A stretch of 64,000 nt of DNA from Felis catus (taxonomy: Eukaryota): NCBI RefSeq assembly GCF_018350175.1, contig NC_058381.1, positions 60,512,001-60,576,000 of the forward strand, written 5' to 3'. A program made the translations under genes and the position numbers. The notes under the pieces were generated by a model. That model searched no databases, had not been told where the DNA came from, and was given only the letters and a program-made list of their open reading frames with translations. Below are positions 11,226 to 22,100 of this stretch, piece by piece. The stretch's first letter is position 1. Each line of letters opens with the position of its first letter.

Positions 11226-11268
<43 letters not shown>
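11226..11268 (+). repeat. (GT)n microsatellite, about 21 units
   Basis: Direct observation. Confidence 0.97.
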
Positions 11269-11273
<5 letters not shown>

Positions 11274-11735
11274 GCAGGTGCACCCACTTCCCCCGGGTGT
11301 GGTGTCAGGGGCGGAGCTGCTGGGTCACGGGTGGGCGCCCATCCAGCTTTCGTGGACCACCGAGGACAGGCTGGCTGGGCCACTGAGCAAACTCCATAAT
11401 CTCTGTGCCTGTTTCCTCACCTGTGGGGCAGGGCTAAGCGTCCTTCCTCCCGGCAGGAGCTGTGGCTGGGCCCCATCCACCCCCTGGCGGGTGGGCTCCG
11501 GCAGCCGGGCGTGCGCGCCCTGCCCCCCAGCGTGTCTGGCCTCGCCGGGCGTACCCCCAGCCACCACAGGCCCAGGCTCGGCGCCTCGTGGGCGTCCCTC
11601 CCCCTCAGCCCGGCCAGGCCCCTGCGTCCCCCGACACCCTGCACCTGTACCCGTGCACTCCGGCTGGAGACCCACACCTTTGGGCCCTGCCCGCACCACG
11701 GCACACTCTAGACGGGCGAGGGGAGGCATGCTGAC

Positions 11736-11741
11736 TTTATT
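11736..11741 (-). terminator. Polyadenylation signal AATAAA (minus strand), likely PDE6G
   Basis: TTTATT on the plus strand, about 500 nt downstream of the PDE6G stop. Confidence 0.7.
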
Positions 11742-12240
11742 TTGCAACACGGACAGCAAGCATGGGCCGTGGCGGGGAGGTCAAGTTTCCTGCTGGCGTG
11801 ATGGGTTTGGAGGGGTGCCGCGCTCTTGCTGATGCCACCGGGACACCGCCCCCGCCCCTCCCCCGCCACCAACCCAAGGGCACCAGCTGGGAAGGACTGG
11901 CGAGGGGGGCTTGTCCTCACCACCAGATAGCAGGACGGGAGCAGGGGGTGAGGGACGTTTCTGGGAGCCCTGCCCTGGCTCTCCAGCCCTAAAAGAAGAT
12001 CTGCGGGCCTCTGGAAGTTAAGCAGGGCCTGACCGGGCCCGAGATGTCCTGCAGGGAGACGGGGGGCTTCTGGTAACTAGCATGTAGGGTCCCAAGGTTG
12101 TCACCTTGCAAGGGTCTCCAAACACAAACTGGGCAATCCGGACACCCTCAGGGGGATGGGCTTCCTCACAGGAATCCTGACCAGGGGTCGGAGCGGGCAG
12201 CGGGGGGTAGGGCCCTGGGACTCCGGGTCAGGCTCTCGCG

Positions 12241-13297
12241 CTAGATGATTCCGTACTGGGCCAGTTCGTGCAGCTCCAGGTGGTTGAAGGCCTCCCATGG
12301 GCAGATGACCGTAATGTCTGCAGGAGAAGGGACAGTGGGACCAGGAGGGTCATGGCCCCAGGGGCCACCATCCCCTTGGGGTGAGAGAAGTCCTGGGTGC
12401 AGAGCCCTCCCCACCGGGGCACGCCAGCCAGAGGGGGCCGGGTGGAAGTCAGTGGGTGCAGCAGGCCAGGTGGGGAGAGGGACGGCAAGAGCTCCCCATG
12501 CCTTTCCAGCCCCTCCAAGTCCACAGTGAACCCACCGAACGGGAGGTCTAAAGCTCGATATTGGGGCAGAGAATGAAGGACAGGCTTGGGGCGGCGCCCT
12601 AGATAAGCTTCCGCCAGAGGAAGGAGAGGAGGGGTGGGACGGCAGGCAAGCCCACAGGTGGGGGAGTGGGGGGGACCTGGGAAGACCCTCGAGGACATCA
12701 TACCTGTTCCCAGGCCTTCCATTCCAGGGATGTCATCCCCAAACCTACAGGACAGAGTGGTCAGGGCCAGCGGCCAGGAAAAGAGGAGTGGGGGTGTGGG
12801 AGGGTGTTCATGCACTTGACTGCAGACCCCTGAGTCACCCAGCGTGCCCTGGCTGTGAGTGTGTGTGCAGGGACACACGTCAGTGGGTGGCCTGTGGCTG
12901 AATCCCTAGGTGGCAGTGAGCATAGTCTCCAGACCCATTTGGCAGTAACAGGTAGAGGGGGACAGGAGCCCCGGAGCCCTCCCGCACCCCCATGCTGAGG
13001 GGGACCCTCAGGCCCTCCAGAACCACCCCACCCTATTAGGACGATGGGACCACCCTCAGCCAGGACAGGACAGCTGAGCACCCACTCAAAGTGTAGCCCC
13101 GCCTCCTTCCTGTGTAGCCTGGGGCTGGGCCCCTCCCCAAGCCTTGCTTACCCTTGGACGCCTTTCTTGGGGGGTTTGCTCTTGAACTGCCTGGTTTGCC
13201 GCTGCTTAAATTTGGGGGGCCCTTTCCTGGGAGTGACAGGCCCCCCAATCACCCTGGTGGCCGACCGGATCTCGGCCTTGGGTGGCTCCAGGTTCAT
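12241..13297 (-). CDS. PDE6G: Rod cGMP phosphodiesterase 6 gamma subunit, 87 aa; exons 13297-13152, 12744-12704, 12317-12241
   Basis: Spliced 146+41+77 = 264 nt gives [87 protein letters not shown], with canonical junctions. Confidence 0.98.
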
Positions 13298-13774
13298 GGC
13301 CAGGATGGCGGAGACCTTTGGCTTCTAGACTTCCTCACGCTGTGGGCTGGGGGCACACCAGGCCGGTGGGGGGAGGGGATCCCAGTCAGCCCCCTTGCAG
13401 GTCTCAACCCAGAAGAACAGAGGAAATCCTGAAACACGAGATCCTGGGCATGACCCCGACAACAGCCCCCTCTCATCTCCAGGTGGGGCTCCAGCTGGGG
13501 TCAGGCAGAGGGAATGAGAGTCCTGGGTGGCCCTGCAGGTGCACCCCCCCTCGGGTGGGTGGGGACACTCTGTCTCATTCCTGGTGGCATGCCAGGCAGC
13601 TAGTACTGTCAATGAAGAACGACTGAGAAAGGGAGGGCAGCGGGCTGGCCAGGGAGGGGCGTGTCTCAGAACAAGTCCAGAGCTCAGCTGTGCAACCCTC
13701 CCCTCCACCCCAGCAGCTTCCTCTCTCAACTAGTAGACTCTTTCACCCCCCACCCCACCCCCGGCCACTCGCTG

Positions 13775-13996
13775 TGCTGAGGGACTGCTCCGGGCACCAG
13801 TGCCACCTGCTGGTGTCCCTGAACCCACTGCATAGGGTGACCTCCCCTCTGCCCCTCCCGCAGAACCTCTCCCTGGATGCCCTAAGCCCCCTGACCCTGC
13901 TCAAGGGCAACTCAGCTTCCCCTAAGCCTATTAGCTCCGGAGGGAGACCCTAATCCCTCAGGGCCACTGTGAGCCTGGAAGGTTCTGGGGCTAAGC
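13775..13996. promoter_or_regulatory. Candidate photoreceptor enhancer in PDE6G intron 1: TGCTGA (13775), TAAGCC (13883), TAAGCCTATTA (13923-13933), CTAATCCC (13950-13957), TAAGC (about 13992)
   Basis: Four CRX/OTX-type sites within about 115 bp in otherwise GC-rich DNA. Confidence 0.6.
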
Positions 13997-14770
13997 ACAT
14001 GACACAGACAGGAGCCCCTGGCACTGGATACCCCAGGCACCGCCTCTTGGGACCCATCCCTGGTATTGTGGGCTGCAGTGCCTGAATCCAGCCTTGGGCC
14101 ACTGCCAGCTGCCTGCTAGAGCACCAGGGCTGGGACTGGCAGGCGAGGACAGGTGGGCCCACCCCGAGGAAGGCTGGGTGGTGGGTGTGGGCACCCGGTA
14201 CCAGAGGAACCCCACCATGGACCTTCCCTCCCTAAGATTCCGCCTCCATGCCAAGAGGACGTGCACGGGGCCCAAGGTGCATGGCAGCGGGCCTGGTGGT
14301 CCTGGCTGCTCAGACCCTGTGATGCCCACTCCTCACAGCCTAGACGGTGTAGGCTCAGCCAGACCCTTCCCCATTCCCAGGCCGTGGGCCTGGTGTGTGC
14401 AGCCCTGGCCCAGACCGAACTCCTACTCTCAGATGCTGGCCTCATGGAAACCGCCGTCTAAGCTCTCCCAGCTGCCCCGGCCCCAGCCCAGCCTGTGGCT
14501 GATGCCCACTCAAGTTGGCTGGGAGTGTGTGGCCCAAGGTCCCCGGACCATTGCTGGCCTTGGGGGCTGCCTGCAGCCACTGTTTGATATGGGGGAGCTG
14601 AAAATGATTGGCTGGGCAACCTCTCTGAATAGGACAGCAGGCAGACCCCCACAGACCCAGTCCTCACGCTGGTGAAAAGCCCGCCAGCTCCCCATCCTCG
14701 GGGCAGATCCCCACCAACACCCTTGGGTAAGTGGCCACCAAGAAAGGCAACCAGGAAGGTCACTACTCAC

Positions 14771-14875
14771 CACGCACTGGGCAGGTCTCAGGGGGCCATG
14801 GGTGTGAGTGACCAGGTCTCCCTCAGCAGGGTGCGACTGGAAATTTATCCTGCCTCTGGCTAAGCCGATTAGGAT
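14771..14875 (-). promoter_or_regulatory. PDE6G: PDE6G non-coding exon 1 (about 14820-14771, donor gtgagt at 14770) and core promoter: GATAAA TATA-like box (about 14844-14849), paired K50 site TAAGCCGATTA (14861-14871), MAF/NRL half-site TCAGCA (14823-14828)
   Basis: Donor, TATA-like spacing and CRX-type motifs are read from the sequence; PDE6G is known to have an untranslated first exon. Confidence 0.7.
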
Positions 14876-15823
14876 CGTTCCCTGACGCTACACTAATGAG
14901 ATCATCAGGGCCATTCGGAAGGGCAGAGGGAGGGCGCCACCTCCGAGGATTCAGGGAGAGGAGGGAAGGGGCTCGGGTGTGGTCTGGGGCCCAAGGCATG
15001 AGCCAGGGATGTGGTCGGGACAAGGGATACGATGTGCGATCACAAACAGCTGGGGACAGACAAGACCCTCTCCTGAAGCTGCTCATCTCTGAAGCGAAGA
15101 AGAAACTGGCTGCTGTCCTGGGTCTCCCCTGCTTTCCATCCTCCGACTTGTAAAGAAACTGCCTTCACGGCCCCCAAGTCCCGCGTAGTGTGGACACTAT
15201 CCACTTCTCTGACTTCATCTGTATCCCTCCCCCTCGCTCTCCCCCTTTGCACCGGCTGCCCCCTCCGGTGGGTGTATTCTGCACCTGTCCTCATTCCCCT
15301 AGCTCCCTCTTCAGAGCTCCGCACCAGGATCCCTTCCTCAGGGTGACCCCTCAGGCTAGGCCAGGATACGTATTTCACAGAACCTCATGGCAACCGGAAC
15401 TTTCCTTCATCACTCTTACGTAGTCGTTCGTCTGAGCAATGCTTGTGTTAACCTCCGTCTTGCACGTTACAGTGGAGTGGGGCAGACATTTCTATTGGAC
15501 CCCGGCGGCTAGCCCAGTGCCAGAACATCACAGATGGTGAAGTACCTGGGAAACCAACAGATGCACAAGGACGAGATCCACACCCGCATGCGTCTCAGCA
15601 AGCCTGGTGTTGTGCTGCCCTGGCACGATTGCCGCGTTCCACGTGCAGGAGGGGCCTGCCTCGCTGCCAGGGCCAACGCCAGTGGCTTCTTGATGGGGAC
15701 AGCTCACATCACACAGGCCTCTGCTAGGACTGTTGAGCTCTGAAGCGAGGCCAACTGAGTAGCATGCACTCGAGGTGTACGTATGTGCATACACAGGTAC
15801 GTATACAAAACCTCCATAAATCT

Positions 15824-16010
15824 GATTTTTTTAACATCTATTTTGAGAGTAGGGGAGAGGCAGAGAGAGAGGGAGAGAATCCCAAGCAGACTCTGCACTG
15901 TCAGCACCGATGCTGACGTGGGGTTTGATCTCACAAGCCATGAGACTATAACCAAAGCTGAGCCAAAACGAAGCTTCGGTTGCTTAACTGACTGAGCCAC
16001 CAGGAACCCC
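15824..16010 (-). mobile_element. Can-SINE
   Basis: GGGGAGAGGCAGAGAGAGAGGGAGAGAATCCCAAGCAG...ACTGAGCCAC. Confidence 0.85.
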
Positions 16011-17127
16011 ATAAACCTGAATTGTTGAGAAAAATACAGAAAACCTCTATGTCTCTGAGATAAGCTACCCCTTCAGGGAGGCCCAGAGCCCACCAAGCTT
16101 TGCTGTGCTGCTGTCTCGGGAAAATCTTTCTCTTCCTGGGCCGTTTTTCAGTCTGTGTGAGGATGCGGTTAAATTAGATGCTCTGAGATATAATCTAATA
16201 AATGTGTCACCATAAATCAGGTTTCTCTGAACCAATCAAAACCCTGTTTCTGGAGGGCAAAGGGGTCTCACTAGGCTCACATTTTCTCCCACTCCCTGGC
16301 CCACACATCGCCATGTGATACACTAGCTTTACATTAAAGCCCCTACTTGGGAAGACCTATCAGCTCCAACCTCTCACCAAATTCTAGTACAATCTTAGCT
16401 TTTTCTTTAAATGAGAAGAGATAAAACAGGCATGAATTCTTTTAACCCCCGCCTCGTCCAGGCTGCTCGTATCAGCGCTTGGAAATGCTGGGGGAGGGAC
16501 AGAAGGTGGGACAATTTCCATGCTGGCGGTGAGCAGGAGAGGTGGGCAGTGAGGACCCTAAGACAAAGTCCTACCTGGGCTGGATGGTCCAGCAGCCAGG
16601 TCTGCAGCCGACCAGGCTGGTTGCCTGGAGGCTGATTCTAGGGCTGATGCCCTGGCCAATCGCCCCGATCCTCGGAGCTAAGCGGGTTGGAAGGACTGAA
16701 GGCTCAGGCCCCAGCGGTGTATCTACCGCCTCCCCCCTGGCTGAATGGGTATCTCCCCAAGGATCCCTGCAGCTGGAACAAAGGGGCCCTTCCGAGGCTG
16801 CCCGCGGGCGTTCATGCCTGCTAGAGGCCTTGCCAATAGCAGCTTCGAGGGACCAGATGGCCCTCCCTCTGCTGCAGCACTGAGAATAACCAGAGCTGAC
16901 CTCGGGGCAGGACTTCTGGGACGCTGGGAGGCAGAAGGGGGTTCCTGGGGTCGTCGTCACATAATTATTCAAAAGAATGGAGCTTACGTTACCCTTACAG
17001 GTTGGTAAAGCTGTAGGCCCTCAACGAATGTTCGATTGCAACCTGTACCGTCTTTCTGTGACAACGCAACGTCAGTCCTGCAAACGACAACACGGAAGCC
17101 TCCGGTCTGAGCACCACAGAGAACTTA

Positions 17128-17133
17128 TTTATT
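17128..17133 (-). terminator. Polyadenylation signal AATAAA (minus strand), likely OXLD1
   Basis: TTTATT about 150 nt after the OXLD1 stop. Confidence 0.65.
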
Positions 17134-17279
17134 CCCAGATGAGGTCAATAAATAATTCTTCCTACTCCTGTCTGACACCAGCCTCGTGAAGGGCTGTGAA
17201 TGAAGCTCCGTGTTGCTTCCCGAGGAGGAAGGAGCTGCCAGGCCGGGGCCTGTCTGCGTGCGGGTGTGGGCAAGCCGGC

Positions 17280-18567
17280 TCAGCCTCCACTCCTCGCTCG
17301 GAGCTGGATCTCCATCCTGAGGAAGGCCTTGAGGTTCTCGTCAGCCACGTGTTCCTCCAGGGCGGCCAGGGCCCGCTCCCCGCCATCCTGGTAGTGCTGC
17401 AGCAGCGCGTCCGCATACTCCACCCACACGCACTTGGGGCAGCCACTCATGCAGCAATTTGTGGGGGGTTCGAGCCCGGGGGGCAGGGGAAATGGGGGTT
17501 CCAAGGGGCCCCCGCCAGGCAAGGAGGACTTGTGCTGCCTGGTGCCCTCCGCACTGGACTGAGAGCCCACCTCCACGTGGTCCTTCCCGAACTCTCCGTG
17601 GCCTTCCCGGGCTTGGACCCAGGCACAGTGCTGGTAAAGAGAGCTGCTGCCTCCAGGAAGCCTTCGGCACCAGCCCCAGCTGGAGAGTCGCCGTGGCCCC
17701 TAAGGAGACAGAGGCTGGTAAGGCCTTGCCTGCCCCCGGCTCCAGGGGAATTTCGGCCCCTGTCATTGGCAGGGGGCCCCAGGTGCTTCTCCACTCCCTC
17801 ATTTCCCATGAGACCTTACACAAGTTACTTCACCTCTAGACTCAGTTTTCCCTCTGTAAAGTGGACATAAGGGCTGCTAGAACACACAACTCATGAGAAA
17901 TGCTGGCTTCGGGTACAGGCACTGGGTGCGCCCTCCAGCAGATGGTGCTGTGGGGGGTACCTTGGCACCTCCAGCTAAGAACGCTCTGCTCCTTTGGCAG
18001 AATGGGGGCGGGGCGGGAGCCTGTGAGCTCCGGCCACACAGCTGCTTCTCCCTCTCCAACCAGCGCAGCCGCGTCCCTGTCCTACCAGCCTGATTGTGGA
18101 CACCGCCCCTTCATCTCTGTTTTCCCCCAGGTCATCCCCCAAAGGCTCCGAGGGCAGCCCTCCCGCTTCCTATCCGTTCTCCGGTCCCAGGGTCCCCTCC
18201 CCTCTCCACTGTGTCTGGGGCCCTCAGCAGTGACAGACGCGGCCCTGACTCTATTTATCCATTTCCCTAACTCTTGCGAGGAGCATCAGCTCCTTGTTCA
18301 CCGCAGCTTCCCCAAAGGGCTCGCACACAGTGGGCGCGCAAGGGACACTGCTGAGCGGGTGGGTCCAGCGCAGGGCGGTCCTTCCCGTGGAGCCAGGGCA
18401 GGCAGCCACGGTCCCCTGCAGGCGGGGAAGGCAGGACGTCTCCAGTCCCTGCCGGCCCCGGCCTCCCGAACGCGCCCAGCCCCGGCCCCCGACCCGCTGG
18501 TACTTGCCGGACGCCGGGCAGCGGCGGCCACCGGCCGGCCTCCCCGGGCCAAGCTCCCGAGCAGCAT
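17280..18567 (-). CDS. OXLD1: Oxidoreductase-like domain containing 1, 159 aa; exons 18567-18508 (GC donor), 17699-17280
   Basis: Exon 2 encodes GPRRLSS...[20 protein letters not shown]...[14 protein letters not shown]. Exon 1 ([20 protein letters not shown], 60 nt) joins it in phase 0 through GCAAGT...ctccttag. Confidence 0.9.
17810..17860 (+). mobile_element. MIR fragment
   Basis: gaccttacacaagttacttcacctct...cagttttccctctgtaaagtgg is the MIR core. Confidence 0.55.
17935..17948 (+). promoter_or_regulatory. Possible CTCF site CCAGCAGATGGTGC in the OXLD1 intron
   Basis: One mismatch to the CCASYAGRKGGCRS core. Confidence 0.35.
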
Positions 18568-19130
18568 CACACCCGGCCCGACCCACGCACACGCGCGCCT
18601 CACCTCGCCCACCGAGGCGTGAGGGGCGGCCATTCTGGCCAATCCTGGCCCGCCAGGAAGCGGCACCGCCCCAATGGGCGCGGGGCTGAGCGCAGGAAGC
18701 GGAAGTGGCGGTCGTGGGGCGGGACTGTGCGGAAGGGCGGAAGTGGCTTCTTCCTGGAGCGCCCGGCGTGCAGATGGCGGGCGCCGGGCGTAGAGGGGCT
18801 ACTACGGTGGGGACGGCGGGGCCTGGGGGTCCGGGGCGGCCGCAGGGGAGAAAGCAGCAGCTGCCGGGGAAGCAGCGCTCGGCGCCGTGGCCCGGACCGC
18901 GCAGGTGGGTCTCTACCCGGCCCCCGCTGTGTCCGTGCCATGGGCGCGACGGGGGACCGGCCGGGTGAGGGAAGGCGTGAGCGTCTCCAGCGTGGAGGCA
19001 CTAGCCACCTTCCGGGGTGCCGTGTTTGCCATCCTAGTGGAGGTCAGGGACGAGTCCTCCTGGGGCTGTGGGAGCGGCCCTCCACCCCAGCGTCCTGCGA
19101 GAACGCAGCGCAGGGACGGTCTGCGGTGAG
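18380..19130. promoter_or_regulatory. Bidirectional CpG-island promoter OXLD1/CCDC137: CCAAT at 18639 and 18671, tandem ETS/GABP sites at 18693-18706 and 18730-18744, YY1-like ATGGC motifs facing each gene
   Basis: The ATGs are 207 bp apart, head to head; motifs read directly. Confidence 0.85.
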
Positions 19131-22100
19131 GATGCCTCCTTGCCTGGCACGCACCCCAGCAGCCAGGTGGCCTGCGAAATTCCCGTCCCAGGCCCGGCTT
19201 CAGTTTCTCTGATTCTGCTTATGCCGAGCTTAAGTCTCGTCTCACCCTCCTGTTCTCCCTCCCAGCAAAGAAAAAAAGAAAGTAAATTGCAAGCCCCAAA
19301 ACCAGGACGAACAGGAAATCCCTTTCCGGCTCCGAGAGATTATGAGGAGCCGCCAGGAGATGAAAAATCCCATCAGTAACAAAAAGAGAAAGAAAGAAGG
19401 TAACGCGCAGGTCCATGCTGGGTGGTAATAAAGCTTTGTGTGTTTGAATCCACTTGCCGTGTTTCAGGCAGAAGAAATCTGCCAGGACCCAGTGGTTTGA
19501 GGGTGCAGGAACATGTGGGGCACTAACCAAGGGCTGGTGTCACCAGGGCCAAAGAGGTGGCTGGCAGCAGGTGGTAGTGTGGTTTCAGATGAGGCTCCAG
19601 AACAACCCCAAGGGGCCTCCTGTGAGGATCGTGGATTCCCCTCCCAGAAGTAGTGGAGATCCATCAGAAGAGAGATCACTGTGTAACAACTGAGGGGGTG
19701 GACACGACAGGCCAGTGAAGCTCTTGCAAGTGAGAAATGGCAGTTTCCTGGATGGGAGTGCGGAAAGGATGGTGCAGCGAAGTGGATGTTTTCCGGAGGT
19801 TAAAGAGAGAATTGATCGGACCCCCTGAGAAACTTACCTTTCCAACCCTCACCCAAGGCCAGGCTGGGCGCCCACCTGTCAGCCTCTGCCAGAAACAACA
19901 CTCAGGGCGTTTGAGGGGGATGGAGTCCAGCATGTTCTGTGTATGTAAATGTTTTCCCAAATGTGAGATTGATTTTACAGCAGTGCTGTTCTAGAATTTC
20001 TCTGTAAACCTCCTGCTTTTCATTGGGGTTACGTGACTGCCAAAGAGAACGTGAGAGAGGCACGGAAGGGGAGAATTGGAGGAGGCGCGCTGGCCCCAGT
20101 GGCAGATGGCACACTTTGAACTGTGCCCTCCTGAGCTGGCCCTCGTTTTTGGTTATTTAAGAGCTATACGCTCACGTACACGGTAAATCAAGCAGTTCTG
20201 AAAGGTATGAGACACGGCATAGCCTGGCTCCCTGTCTCTGAATCCTGCTGTCACCCTTTGAGAGAAAGCACCGTTCATCTTCCCAGATGCCTTCCCAAGA
20301 GAGAGGGTCTGCCTATTTTCACGTATTAACGGCGGTAAAGCTATGCCTTCATCCCGTGCTTTGCTTACCGTCCTCGATTTGTGTGATAAAGTCTTCGCAC
20401 GAACATAGGGTGCTCCCTCGAGCAGCCATGTTTTGGTAGATGTTTAGGTTATTTCCTGTTTTGTTTTTCAGCCGAGCCGTGGCGGACGTCTTTGACATGG
20501 AGCGGTGGGCCATGGGGACCCCATCCGCAAGGGTGCCCGAGCTGGGCATCGTGCATCCTCTTTAGCTACTGTGGTTGGGCTGCTCCCACTGGGTCTGGTC
20601 TTCCTTCCCCGTGGCCTGGGGCAGAGGCACCAGCACGTGCAGCCAGCCTGGCACCGTCTCCCTCCTGCCCCTCACCCCACGCCCGCTTTGTCCTCAGCCC
20701 AGATGGCCTTCAGAAAGACATTGGAGAAGGAAGCAAAAGGAGTGGAGCCGGACATTGCTGTCCCCAAATTCAAGCAGAGGAAGTGGGAGTCTGACGGGGC
20801 CTACATCCGGCGTATGGAGCAGGAGGCCCAGCATGTGCTTTTTCTCAGCAAGAACCAGGTGGCCCGGCAGCCTGAGGTGCAGGTGGCTCCCAAGAAGGAG
20901 AAATCTGAGCGGAAGAAAGCGTGAGTGGGGGCGGGCTAGGGGCTGGGGTCCCACGACTGTCTCCTGCGGTGTCAGAATGGGGAGCGCAGAAAGAAGTGAA
21001 AAGCTGGTCAGTCGGTGAGTGTTCTCTCTACACCCGAGCCTCTTAACCTTGGGGTGCAGGGAGCCTCTAAACCCACGGAACTCTGAAGGCCTAGCTCTGT
21101 CTTTGCCTTTCTCTGGAAAAGCATCCAGGGGGCCCAAGAGCCAGATGAGGTCAAGGGCCGGCCGTCCTCCTGGCCAGTTGCAGTAGGGAGGTGGAGAAAA
21201 GACGAGGCCCCGTGCTCTCTCGGGAGGGCTTGCTGAACACCAGGGGACCATGCCGCCTCTGCCGGAGATCGGTACTACATGTGGGTTCCCACGCAGCCCC
21301 GGGGTTCCCCTGCCTCTGGCTGGGAGATGCCACGTCATCTCTGAGTGCCTTCAGCTGTGCCATATGCACAAGTTCTGTGACCTCTCTCAGCTCCCGTGTC
21401 CCGTCCGCAAAGTAGGGACACCAGCATCTCCAGGGTGGTTCAGGCGGCATCTGGGGCCAGGGGGAGCCCGCTGCCAGGTACTGCTCCCCTGCCTCCCAGC
21501 CCTGGAGTCTGGGAAGGAAGCCATGTGCCACCTCCCTGGGCTTGGGGGCCGGAGCTGGGAGGTGGTTTTGACAAACAAGGGCTTTTCGAGATGTTTCTGC
21601 CACAGCTGCGGCTTTTGAGTTGCACCAGCCCGGGCTTCATCAGCAGTTCCCTCAGCACCTGTGAGTTGGGGATGGTCTGCAGCCTCGTGGGGCTTCCCCG
21701 TCTGAGCACTCTTTGTGCTTGTAGTCGGGTCAGGTGACCAGAAGCCCATCACAGGAAACCTGTCCCACGTACCGTCTGGAGCCGCAGCGATGCCCCGGAC
21801 ACAGGGCCGCTTTGTGAGACCCTTTAGACACAGTCGCACAGCTGACACTCGGGGCCGGTCATTCTCTGGGGTGGGGGCCGTTCTGTGTGGTGTAGGGTGT
21901 GGGAGCACCATCCCCGGCCTCCACCTGAGGTGCCAGGAGCGCTCCCACCCGCTGTGACAACCCAGAACGCCTCTGGATGTTGTCATACGTACCCCGGAGC
22001 ACCGTCGCCCCCACTGAGAAGCACTGACTTGGAACTCTGGGCGCCTGCCGTTCGGAGCCCTCTCTGGCGCACAGCTGTGGGGACACGGTGGCAGCTCACT

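Noticed and set aside
14896-15743. Protein-like short ORFs upstream of PDE6G (for example LLKLLISEAKKKLAAVL, MVKYLGNQQMHK)
   Set aside because: No splice structure, no recognisable family, and length within chance range.
17700-17761. Alternative upstream OXLD1 acceptor (gacag|GGGCCG at 17759)
   Set aside because: It would add 20 codons ending in TAG and has no pyrimidine tract; no evidence of use.
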